Part shown: positions 1 through 11,404 of the stretch, piece after piece
How the letters are laid out: every line of letters begins with the position of its first letter
How positions within the stretch are numbered: position 1 is the stretch's first letter
Assembly (NCBI RefSeq): GCF_041956535.1
Contig: NW_027192210.1
Span: 256,021-320,020, forward strand
Length of the DNA stretch: 64,000 bases
Origin: Calcarisporiella thermophila CBS 279.70
Lineage: Eukaryota > Fungi > Calcarisporiellomycota
Direction: 5' to 3'
Notes under the pieces: generated by a model
What the model was told of the DNA's origin: nothing
The model's database searches: none
Seen by the model: only the letters and a program-made list of their open reading frames with translations
Translations under genes and position numbers: made by a program

Positions 1-244
1 CTTCTCCCAGGTCTTGCCGATGTTGAGAAGGTGGATACCATCAGCACGGCGCTTGAACACATAAGGCTGCATGCGGATGTTGCAGTTCTTGGTACCAATG
101 TGGGTCTGGGCAGCCAGCATCTGCTGGATATCCTCCTCGGTGGCTATAAGGAAATCCAGCTACATTAGCAACCGCAGAGAAATCTATGAGAATTACTAAT
201 GTATTGTAAGACCTACCGTTGAGAGCAGCAGGGAACTTGGACAT
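1..244 (-). CDS. RPS0: 40S ribosomal protein S0/uS2, copy 1 (5' part; truncated by window/contig edge)
   Basis: Exon 1 at 244-217 (MSKFPAALN), GT-AG intron at 216-144, exon 2 at 143-1 ([48 protein letters not shown]), the hallmark uS2/RPSA N-terminus. Confidence 0.97.
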
Positions 245-247
245 TTT

Positions 248-322
248 CTAATCACCAAAAAAAAATAATCAATTCTCCATAATCCAGAGAACACGATATT
301 CATCCATCCATCGCGGCTTTAC
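248..322 (-). promoter_or_regulatory. Probable 5'-UTR intron of RPS0 copy 1 containing a GGATGGATGAATAT motif
   Basis: On the minus strand AAG|GTAAAG...GATTAG|AAAATG lies directly before the start codon; a pyrimidine tract (TCCTCCTCTTTTCTT) lies further upstream. Confidence 0.6.
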
Positions 323-506
323 CTTATATCTATTCCTGTTTGCAACGGGAGTAAACCTTCTGGATATCGTCGAGCAAGAAAAGAGGAGGAGCAAAAGTGG
401 ATGCCTGCTCAATATTATAGTGCAAATCCAATTCGAACAAGCCACATACTAAAATTGAAAATTCAAGAGAGGTCAACTTTTTTTGACATTAAATGGAATA
501 ACAATA

Positions 507-3500
507 ATGGCTGACGCGATGGAGTATATTCCAAGCATCGATGTAGCGTCACTGCCATGGGGGTCGGATGGAGTGTAAGTAGTTGACGCTGAATTTAAAT
601 TTGCAAGGCGCTGACATGCTTGTCGCTCTAATAGAATTGATCAAGTAATTCAATTAATCGGGGACGACATCAACGAAGACTCCGAAGTATTACACGAGAT
701 CATACTTCAGATAGCAACGGATGCCATGCATGGAATAAAGCCTATAAATCAGGTTGCGCCATTTTTCAAGGATCTCTGTTCCAAATATCCTTGTGCTTCC
801 GAGATCGTGATTGATGCTGTGTGGACTTTGGATGTTCAGGCTGAAGTGCAGGCAAAAAAGGAATGGAAGGAGAACCTGATTGAGCTGGTCAAGGAAATAA
901 TCGTAATTATCTCTTTATGGTTGCGGCGAATTTACCTCCACTAATTTATTTCATATATTATCTAGGGGCTCGAATTTATTCCGTCTAACATTATCAAAGA
1001 AGGCTTGGAGATTGAGTTTTTACAGAATGTCGGATTATTACGTTCGGCTGAACTTTTCAATAAGAAGTCGATCCGTGTTAACACATCACTTATGTAAGCT
1101 TTTTTCTGTTTTGCTATCACTGCAACCGTATCTATAGTCGTTATTTGCAATTAGATATAAGCAACAAAAGTTCAATGTCTTTCGCGAAGAATCAGAAGGT
1201 TACTCAAAGCTAATCACTGAAATAATGGAAATACTGTCGTTGTCAGGAGATAGTGCGGACGAGTATTTTGCTGATGAGCAAGCCCATGACTTGGTATACA
1301 GTGCTTCTAAAATAACCGGTATGATTTCCCCTTCTAGTCGCTCCCCCTACCCCATAGGTAGATATTCATTTTGGTCTTTCTTTCAATAGGGTTTTTTGAG
1401 CTTGATCCGAACCGAGTGCTGGACTTGATGATAGGCATGTTTGCCGCGACTTTTGCAGCAAACTACAAGACTTCTATGCGCTATTTTCAAATTTCGAGAT
1501 ATGCCTCTAATAATATATCCCAAATTCTCGGATTCCGTTTCTCGCGGTATAACGAACAAAAGCAAGATGTACCGCAAGAGCTTTATTTTTTAGCGGCTCT
1601 TTTGATTCAGAACTCCTTGATCACGCTCGAGAGTATATGGCCCTACGTAAGTTTATGTTTTCCCCCTTTTCCCTTTTTACCCTATTCTAGCGCTTTCTAT
1701 TATATTAAATCTTGGTTTTCGTTGTCTTCCAGCTTTCGCCCACCGACGAAGGTTTTCAAGATGAATACAAACAATGGCAAAATGGCCTGGAAGAGAAGAC
1801 TAAGAGCGCCGGAATGAATGCCTTGGCGGCAGCTGGATCGCTTGAAGAATTGGATGCACCACCTAAGAAACCCTCCGCTTCGACCTTGGTAAACAAGGCC
1901 ACCAAGGACCAGCCTTTAGCTAACCAGAAGGTGGGTCTCCTCAAGGCACTCCTTGCGATTGGCGATATTTTGCACGCGGCCCCAATCCTCGACAAATTTC
2001 CATTTGTGCCGGCTGTACATCCCGATGTATGCGATCCTTTGTTTCGTGTACTGAATGAGATGATTGAGCCCCTTTATGCTTCGCTGAGACCTCTCGATGG
2101 AAGATCTTATTGTGAAGCAAAGACTGCAACCAAATTAGATCCAACCGTGGATTTGAAGTTGGCGAGGACTCGGCCTGGTCAGTATCGATTCTTTTTCGAC
2201 GACTGGAGACATGGAATTTGTCGGTGCGAACGAGTGGAGGATATATTTGAATCAATGGCTCCGTGGCTTCGCCTGATTGGGGTATCGCTCTACCGCGATC
2301 CGGTGTTTTGGTCCAAACTCTGCCGTATCGGTGGAGCGCAGCTGAAGCAAACGCTTCCCGACGACATGCGTGAGAAATGGATTACACTCGCTCGTGAGTA
2401 TATGCTGCCTGCGGTGTCTCTGTTGGGGCCAAACCCTGGTATGGTGAACGAACTTTGGGACTTTTTGCAGCATTTCGATTATCAAACACGATATGGCTTC
2501 TATGGCGAATGGAAAAACGCAACCTATCGACGATATCCGGAATTGAAGGCGATAAAAGCAATAACAGAAAAAGAAACGAAAGGGATCATGAGGTTGGTAC
2601 CACCCCCTTCCGTTTTGGAAGAACTGACCCTCCTAGGTGCAGTTTATTGACTTGACGATTTTTTTTCCTGCTATAGACGGCTCACCAAAGACAATGTGAA
2701 GATGTGTGGCCGTATGATTGCCAAAATTTCGCATTCCAACCCAACCATTGTGTTCTCCGTGGTGTTAACCCAGGTGCAGGCTTACGATAACATGATCGGG
2801 CCCGTGGTAGATGCGTGCCGCTATCTGACTGAATTTGGATATGACGCCTTGACCTGTAAGTGTTTCCCCGGTAGATCATAGGCGGAGGTTTGGAGAGAAG
2901 AATTTACATATGCTGCTTTGCGTTTGTTAGATATCATTCTTGAGGCCTTGTCGACACCGATGAAACCACGGTGGAAAGGCGATGGAATCAATCTTTCCTC
3001 CTGGCTTCAGGCCCTCTCTACTTTTTGCGGCACACTTTTCCGCAAATACTCCAATATGGACCCGGCTCCCATTCTCCAGTACATCGTCAACCAGCTTATC
3101 TCCGATCAAACTTCGGATCTAATCGTGTTGCGGGAATTGCTGAATAAGATGAGTGGCGTGGAGGCCCTGGAATCTCTGACCGAACAGCAAATTGCCGCGG
3201 GAAGCGGGGGAGATTCCCTGAGGTTGGCCGATATTTCCATGACTGAAAGCGCGCAAAGGAGCCTGAAGAGGAGCTCCCGAAGGTTATTGAAGGCATTGAC
3301 GGACACAGGGCTGACCGAGACGGTGGCGATACTATTGGCCCAATTACGACAGGTGTGCGTATTCAAGGAGACAGAGGTCGAACACGTGAAGGCACTAGGG
3401 AATCTCTATGACATGGTGAGGGTTGAGGCTGATTTTCGCGAAGATCACTTTTCCGCTGAACTGTCGTTTGTAATAGTGCCAGACCTCACTGCTGCAGTAC

Positions 3501-5892
3501 GTGGAGTTTCTCTCCCAGAATCTAAAGGGGGATGAATATGCTAAGATCTTCCCGTCCATCACACGGCTTTTCGGAGAATTCGAAATAGAGATACCCGCCG
3601 CGTTTCATATCCTTCGACCCAAGTTCTCTCACACAGCACAGGAGCCCGCCCAGCAAGAAGCACTTGTGCAAGAAATCACCGGGCTGCTTCCTGCCGAGGC
3701 GCTGAGCGTCTTCACCCCCCAATTCTTCCTGACCTTTTGGCAGCTCTCTCTCTACGACATCCATGTTCCCGAGGAGCAATACCAGGCTGTCATCGACAAG
3801 CAAAAGAAAATCATCCAGTCCATTGAGAACGGCACCACCGATTTGAATGCCGCGGCGGCGAAGAAAGAAAAAGAGCGGGCAAGCAATCTGGTCAAAGCAT
3901 TGGAGGCGGAGCTTGCGGCCCAAAAGGAGAATCACGAGCGAGTGCTGGAGCGCTTGAAGCGCGAGAAAGATGGGTGGTTTGTCCCGACCGCGAATAGGCC
4001 ATTTGTGGTCATTCAATTGATTCAGTGGTGCATCCAGCCACGGTCGGTCCTCTCCCCCATGGACGCTGCATTCTGTGCCGAATTCATCAGATTGATGCAT
4101 AGCATGGGCACCGCTTGTCTATCGACCCTGACCCTATACGACAAAGTACGATTTATTTTTGCGAGTAATGGTATCCGGAGCATAACCCACAACTCTATGC
4201 CTTTTCTTTCCCTTTAGTTATTCGGGGACCATTTGCAATGCACGATCTGCTCCTGCACCGAGGCCGAGGCCCGAGAGTATGGCCGGTTCCTGAACGCCAT
4301 CCTCTCGACCCTTTCGGCTTGGCATAAGGATAGTCGTGTCTACGAGCGAGAAGCCAAAGGCGACCGACTGCCAGGCTTTCGTAAAAAGTGGCGGACCGAC
4401 CAGACTTCTCAGATAACTCAGGACGACCTGCTCCAACACGAAGACTTTAGAGAAGTAATGGACAAGTGGCATCGCAAGCTCTATGCCGTGAGTATGGCAA
4501 GGTTGTAGTCCTGTGATCCAATCCTAACCTTTTTCACCCCTCCTACTGTAGATGTTTGTGAGGTGCTTGTCTTCAACCGAATTTACCATGGTTCGAAATG
4601 CGATCATTGTGTTACGTATGCTTGCCGGGAACTATCCCGTCATGGCCGAGCACGGGACCAAGATCGAAATCTACATTAAGAAGGTTACCAAGTCGGAGCA
4701 GGGCGATCTCAAAGTGCTAGCACAAAGCTACCAGGCCGTGTTGAATAAGGGGAGGAAGGCATGGATCACTGCTCACCAGTTTTGTCCCAAAAACCCACCG
4801 CCCCAACCCCCCTCTGCACCCGTGTCCGCAAACCAGAACCCGAAATCGGTCGGCGAGAAACGTGCCACTCCAGGAGGTGAGAAGGAAAAGGAGAAAGAGA
4901 AGGAGAAAGAGAAAGAGAAGGAAAAGGAGCGATTGGGCAAGCCTAGTGCGACTGCAACCATTAACAAGATATTGAGCAACTCGGCCACCACTGCCACTCA
5001 CGCCCCAAGCTCCGGGGTTAAATCTGCTAGTGGTGAAAATCCATCCGGTGCCAACAACGCAAAGGTAGACAGGGCGCGTGAAGAACGTCGTGGGGAGAAA
5101 CGGGGGTCTGAGTCCACGGCCTATAGAGAAGATCAAACAGCCTCCCTGCCTCTGCCTACAGGACCGGCCTCTTCTCTCCAGCAGACCTCGCTCCCGCACG
5201 AGAAGGATAAAGAGAAGGACAAGGAGAGATCAAACATGACCGCCCCAGATACTCCACGCTCCACGACCGTCGAGCGGGATCGTGAACGCGGCCGTGAACG
5301 CGATCGGGCCGAGCGAGAGCGGGACAGGGAGAGGGAAAGGGAGCGTAAGGAGGGGCGGAAAGCTGCCTCGCCGATTTCCACCTCCTCTCGGGACCGGCAA
5401 TCTCCCGCACAGCCACAAAGCTCGTCACGGGTGTCAACACCCAGGGAAGAGCCAAGGGGAACGTCTCCTCGTCGTGATCGGGAAAGAGAAAGGGAGGCGG
5501 GTGGCAGAAGAGAGAGGACAAGGGATAGGGAGAAGGAGAAGACTAGGGAAAAGGAGAAGGAAAGGGTTCGAGAGAGACCCAGGAACCCGAAACCAAATTT
5601 CGAAATGGGCGGTAGCGGTGGGGGGGGAGTTTTTGGCAGAAAACGTGGCCGAGAAGGAGAGGACCGAGAGCGAGATAAGGATAAGGACCGGGACCGCGAA
5701 AAGGACAGGGAGCGAGAGAGGGAGAAGGATAAAGAGCGAGAAAATGGAAGAGAAAAGTCGGCTGTCTCTGCCATGCCCCCCATCTCCTTCAAAGGACGAG
5801 GCTCAAGGCGCGGGGGTGAGCGCGACAGGGATCGGGAGGAGAGATTCCCCACGTCCGCCCCTATGAAGAGGAGACGAACCGATGAAACATAG
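507..5892 (+). CDS. THO2: THO complex subunit 2 (multi-exon)
   Basis: Spliced exons give [75 protein letters not shown] and [13 protein letters not shown], plus a long KE/RE/RD low-complexity C-terminus typical of THOC2. Confidence 0.96.
4879..4929 (+). repeat. Coding hexanucleotide repeat (GAGAAR)n encoding EKEKEK in the THO2 tail
   Basis: gagaaggaaaaggagaaagagaaggagaaagagaaagagaaggaaaaggag is visible in the sequence. Confidence 0.8.
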
Positions 5893-6585
5893 ACACACCC
5901 CTCTTTAATAAAATAACTTTAAATGCGTATTTTCTCTCACTCTGCCCTGTTCGGCCTTGTACTTTGTAGACGATCGCTGAGTTTATTTTCGAAAGTACTT
6001 TTTTTTTTCATCGGGGTTGTTTTTACGTGTTATCTTCAAATGCTGCTTTTATTTGAAACAGGAATGGGTGAATGTCACGCTTTCACAGACGCCTACTGAT
6101 ATTCTTCGAATGAAAAATGGATGCGACAGGTACATCGTTAATTTATCCCATTTCCTCAAAGGTGCCCATCCGTTGTTAGTCACGGACACGAGTGTAAAGC
6201 CATGAAAACTCCATTTTTGAAAGCAATATTCGAAAAACAATTAAGACCCATATCGTCAAGCGGTTATACATGTTCTACAGTGTCAGCATAATAAAAGATA
6301 TCCAAAGCAAAGCGTTGAAGGATGGTTCCTGAATAAAGCACAGATGAAATATCCAATTGCAGCATAAAAGCAATAGAGAACAAAGAGACAATATATAATA
6401 TATATAAAAGATTATATCCAATGTAATGTAAAGTATATAAGTTGAGATGAAATTAGCCGCCTTTCTCTTTCTCCTCCCCTTCTCCTCCTCCTCCGGCAAA
6501 GAGTGGCAAAGCTCAGCCAGCGAAGCAAATGCTCATGTTTAATTTTTTTTTTTGTACGCAAGGGAGCAGGAGCACCACCGGGCGA

Positions 6586-7703
6586 TCACATGTAAAAGCC
6601 ACCTCTATAGCGACGGGAAGATGGGGTTGGAGGCCGCATCCGTGCCGACTTTTGCCGTGGCGGCCGCGGTGCAAACTGTGCAGAGGGCACCATGCCCGGC
6701 CACGAGAACTCCATCCTCGCCCACGACAACACCCAATCTATTGCCCCAAAGAGCATGGCACCCAATTCAACCGCTTTCAAAAACCATTCCACCATCAGCC
6801 AAGCATCCCCGTATATGCGCATGATAACGAATTTAAGTTGATGATATGCAGTAGCATGTACGGAGTATCCGGTACGGAAAAGCCACATCGTCAAGGGCAG
6901 AAATGAAAGCATCCCACGCACTTGGTCGCGCCAAGAATTCAGCGAGTCGCAGAAATCGTAAAAGCCGCTGCGAAGAAACCGGCCAAAGGCCACCAGCTGA
7001 TCGCGCAGGGAGAAGAGCATTGCGCTCGTGATTTCGACCGTTTCATCGCCCATTTGGCCAAGACCGGATTCCTTGTTGGCCTCCTTTAGTGCGGCTAAAC
7101 ATCCCAGCAGGCTCATTGTATTAGCATGTGAAGAAGAAGGAAATGGCGGATCGGCTTACCAATGAGGGAAAGCACAAAGACATTAAGAATGCCTTCGAAT
7201 GAACCATTTCTTGAGAAAGCGCCCTTTTGCAAATATTCCAGAGAGAGGGATAAATCGTAGTCCTCTTTCGACCTTGGGTTCGAGAGCACACGATATGCTT
7301 CTCCCAGCTCTAGAAAAATCAAAAAGAAAGAAGGGGAGGGGAAATTAGCTCGATATCCGCATGGGGGGTGGGTGAGTGCACCTTGAACTTACTCTGAAAC
7401 GCAGCGGTTGAGTGAGGGTGCACATTTTTATCGGGGTGTAAGGCCTTGCTTCTCTGTAACAATTAAACCTGGGATTAAATCACCCTCCTTACATTTCAAC
7501 CATGGCAATAATGCAATTACATTAATATAAGCTCGTCTAATTGTGTTTGAATCGGCGCTAGCATGGACGTTTAGCACTTGATACCAAGTGGAGGCTTCAA
7601 GCACTTCCCTTATCAGATTGCTTCTGGGGCTGGTCTGCATCTCGGGAAACGATTGGACCCGGCGTCGAGACGAGTTATAGGATGCCCTGTAGAAATCGTT
7701 CAT
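6586..7703 (-). CDS. DnaJ/Hsp40 J-domain protein with hydrophobic C-terminal region (4 exons)
   Basis: WYQVLNVHASADSNTIRRAY|..SKALHPDKN..AAFQK|LGEAYRVLSNPRSKEDYD is a J domain with an HPD motif; the last exon is the ORF ending at 6586. Confidence 0.88.
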
Positions 7704-9554
7704 TGCGTGTGACGGCAGCGGTGAAAGAGCTCAATGTAAATGGGAGTTCGGAAGAGGAAGAATGGAAAGAGAGATAGACGATCAACTACAACCACGCACA
7801 CACACACTGCGAAGACAGGAGGGGAAAAAAAACAATAAAAGTAACAATTCTTAAAATGTGAAAAAAAAGAGATTTTTGGATTAGAAAGATAGATAGGTAG
7901 ATAACAAATGTAAATAATGTTTGTAAATGGCACAAATGAATGAAGGGGATGCGACTATTAATCACGGAAGATGCGATTAGAGCAACCCAAGGCTCCTCCG
8001 GTATGCCCTTCAAGTATGTAGATAGATTACCGTGATAGATGTGGGGATTTCGAATCAAGGGAAATTACAAAGCGAGAGAAGTGAAATGAATTCCCTATTT
8101 TGTTGCAGTGATGATAGGAATAGAGTCTTATTTTTGCCAGTGCTACTGGAGAATAGCAAAGGCCGTTGAGAAATGTGAATAGAGAGGTTTCGGGTTTCAA
8201 ATCGGCTTTGAAATCTTCGAGATAACACGCTAATACAATTATCGGAATTAATGGCCGAAGCTTGTTCATATTTCACGTGATTCTTCGATAGATACTCAAA
8301 ACACATATATGAGCCTCTTGCTCTTGACCGATGGCTCCATCACATCGAAACCCTGCGGTAACCTCAGCATTAATATAGGTTGAGCTGTACTCTGCTGAGA
8401 TTACCCTGGTTTCTTCTCAAAGTGGAAGCAGTAACGAAGAATTGGAGGGATGGAATTGGTGAATGACGGCCAGCTTCTTAGGGCGGGGTCAAAGCTGCTC
8501 AGAATGCGACTATAGATATGCTTTGCTTAGGGCTTTCTAGTTCATGGAAGAAACCATGAATTCATCCCGAAAGTACCAAGTTTATCATTGATCATGGCTA
8601 ACAGCCGGTGCTCTAGACTTGATACATCTAACTGCAAACCACCGAAGAATTTACAGGGGGAGCCCAAAAGACTGGCCTATACATCATTCTCGTGCCCTCC
8701 TCTACCATGTTAGCCAAATCTTCTTTAGATCATAGCTCTACTATTGACATTTGACTTGGAGAGATAGAATAAGAATTTGAGGGGCATCAACCCTTGGCTA
8801 TGTGTTCCGCGAGAGCAAATTGCTTTATCTTCTTACAATCCCTATCAACCTTATAAAGCAACGAGAAATTGGCTGTATCTGCTATCTCACCATGATAACG
8901 AGAAATTGCAACAGAGACGCTTCTTGGGTCTAGAGCATAATTAACTCTTTCACTGCTGTAGATCCATTAAAGACGCATGGGTATATGCGTGTGGGGTTAA
9001 GCGCGTGTGTGAATGAAGGGGAGGCGAGATTTAGCCATTTAATAGCCTTTATTTCAGCATCGAATCACGTAGCTCGGACCCGAGATAAGGCCACCCAACG
9101 ATGAGAAGATTCTTGCTTTTCATAGCTCGAAATGCAGGCAGTCGTCATTTAGAGGAATTGTGGAGCTGGCCTCCGGAACCCATTGCGTGCCAATTGGGGC
9201 CCGGTTTCCGGGTTCAAAGCTGCACTCTAGCATCGCGGCCTATTAGTTGAAGGCTCCTCCCGCCGAAGTGCTCAAAAGCGGTCGGCTGCATCGTGCGCTG
9301 ATGGGCGAGGTTTAGATAGGCCCTTCCGAAACGCGGGCCAGCTGCAGGAGACCACATCACGGCCTTCTTAAAAGTCGAGTTTTTTGCTGAGTTGGAATCC
9401 TGCGGTGGCGTAGAGATCTACTGTTCCATATTTTAAACGCCGACGAGCTTCGTACAGGAGCCTTGCAAACATGGAGTGTATTTAAGGCATTTTCCTAGGT
9501 TGGGCAAAGCACGTTTCTCTTGATCTCCACATCCCCCCTCCCGCCCCTCCTACC

Positions 9555-9845
9555 ATGGCCGCTCGATCATTTCTCGCCATCTCTCTCTCCGCGCTCGCGC
9601 TATGCCTGCTCCTGCTGGTTCCTTCCGTCAGTGCGGCCGCGGCCCTCCCCAAGGAATCCGAAGAGAAGCTGGCCGCAGAGTTAGTGCCCAACGCGCTTCG
9701 CTCCGATTACGGGCTGATCCGGCGTGTGCTGAGAGAGCATGATTACAACTTATCGCCAAAGGAGCTAAAGAATGTGCAAAGTAAAATAGCACAGCTGCTA
9801 CATGCCAAACGAGATGTGCTAGCCGAGGTCCTTGCAGACCCCTGA
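9555..9845 (+). CDS. Small secreted protein, 96 aa, unknown function
   Basis: Single-exon ORF in strong ACCATGG context with a classic signal peptide (MAARSFLAISLSALALCLLLLVPSVSA). An AT-rich TATA-like element lies at ~9428-9437 and a U-rich 3' UTR follows. Confidence 0.75.
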   Translation: MAARSFLAISLSALALCLLLLVPSVSAAAALPKESEEKLAAELVPNALRSDYGLIRRVLREHDYNLSPKELKNVQSKIAQLLHAKRDVLAEVLADP

Positions 9846-10086
9846 AAAACAATAGCCCTCGCTCTCCTTGAGAGTCGCACCCCTCTCCATCCCCTCCCCG
9901 TTTGAGAGCATTCTGAGCCCCAGACCCCACTCGTGCTTGTATATACAACTTCTCCGCATACGCCTATATACACATTGTTTATTTTCTTTTGTAAAGCTCT
10001 CCCATTCTATTAATGTACCAATACAATGAACATACGGTCAAAAGACATAAACTCTCTCTTTCTCTATTTCTCTATCAAAGAGGTCG

Positions 10087-11154
10087 TCATACAGAACCAA
10101 TGGCCTTCGTCGTGTGTTTTTCCGCGGCGAATCTATGAAAACGGTTGGCATAGTTGGTGTGGGCACTCACGGGCATCCCCAGATAGCGGCTCACATCTAT
10201 AGCCCTCACCCGCTCGCCATAATCCTCCCTCAGCCCAACCTCTCCCATGGCCCGCGCCCCCACTATAGCTCGAAATAGCACGGCCAAAGTCCAATCCTGG
10301 GGGGTATAGTACAACCGGATATCTGCAGATGGGTTACGGAGCAATTTGCTCACCGTCTCTGTCTCTGCGAGGGCCGGAGCGCACAGATGAATGCTGTCGG
10401 GCCACTCCTTGGGGGAGAGATGGCCTAGCGCCTCTACCAGGTGCCGACATCCCAGTGAATGGGAAACAATGCGAATTTTGTCGTACTCCTCCCTTAGTCG
10501 CAGCAGCCTTAATGCCAGGGCTTCTGCACGTTCGGTGCTCTCCTTTTGTGCCTGGTGGTATTGGAAAGCAAGCCTTGCGGCATGGAGCCCAACATCCACA
10601 ACCAGAGCCCCGGCTATCGAAGCCAATGAAGGGAAGCGTAATTTACGTAGGGCTATCCAGCTCTGTCCCGCAAGATACGCGATGCTTCCGAGAGCTGCGA
10701 ATGGCATCGCGGTATAGGGAGAAATGGCCCCCGAAGGCCATGAATATCCAAGTGATTGAGGCGACCAGCCGTGAGAGAGAACCAGGAGGTGATGTGAATG
10801 CAGCCAGTCCGAGAAATTGTCTACCGTTTCCCCCTGCGCCAAAAAGCCTAATCATCCCTGGTTAGAGCCATTCTGGAACGGGGGCGAGCATGACCAGTGA
10901 GTAAAAAAAAAACACAAACCTTTGATATAGAGAGTCACCTCTTTTTCATGTGCTGGCTGCGACGGCCGTGATAGTACTTGTAGACGAGGCAGGAGGATGA
11001 ATGCCTTGGCTAGATGCTTGCTTGCCATACAACTCTGACAATCTTGTCGAATCCACGATCCTCCGAGTCTCGACAGAGTCCTCTCAAAAATGGCCCTGAC
11101 ATCTAATGGCTTAGTCAAATTGGGTGGCAATGGTTTTCGAGTATTTCCGTTCAT
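10087..11154 (-). CDS. Alpha/beta-hydrolase (DUF726/DUF900-like), 2 exons
   Basis: Intron 10919-10848 joins ...LYIK|GFLAQGE. Nucleophile elbow IVSHSLG, HLCAPAL, YTPQDWTL (acid) and HTNY (His) are present. Confidence 0.8.
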
Positions 11155-11404
11155 TAGAATTTTTTTCCCCTAAATACCCCTTTCCAGCTAATAAAAGATG
11201 GGGTTGTATCCTGTCCAGGCCACCACGGTCCTCGACATGGTAAAGCTCTTCATTGAAGAGCGTTCTTTGTTGCGACCAGCAACTCCTCCGGGAATATCCA
11301 GAATTTATCGTGTTTGACAAAACATTTGTGGTTTTAGACTGGAAATGAATTTCCCTCAACTCTATATGCAGTGTTCATGGAAAGAATTTATTCTAGGTTG
11401 CTTT

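Noticed and set aside
4717-5852. Long antisense ORFs (SLSRS/FSFS-rich) over the THO2 tail
   Set aside because: Shadows of the KE/RE low-complexity coding strand.
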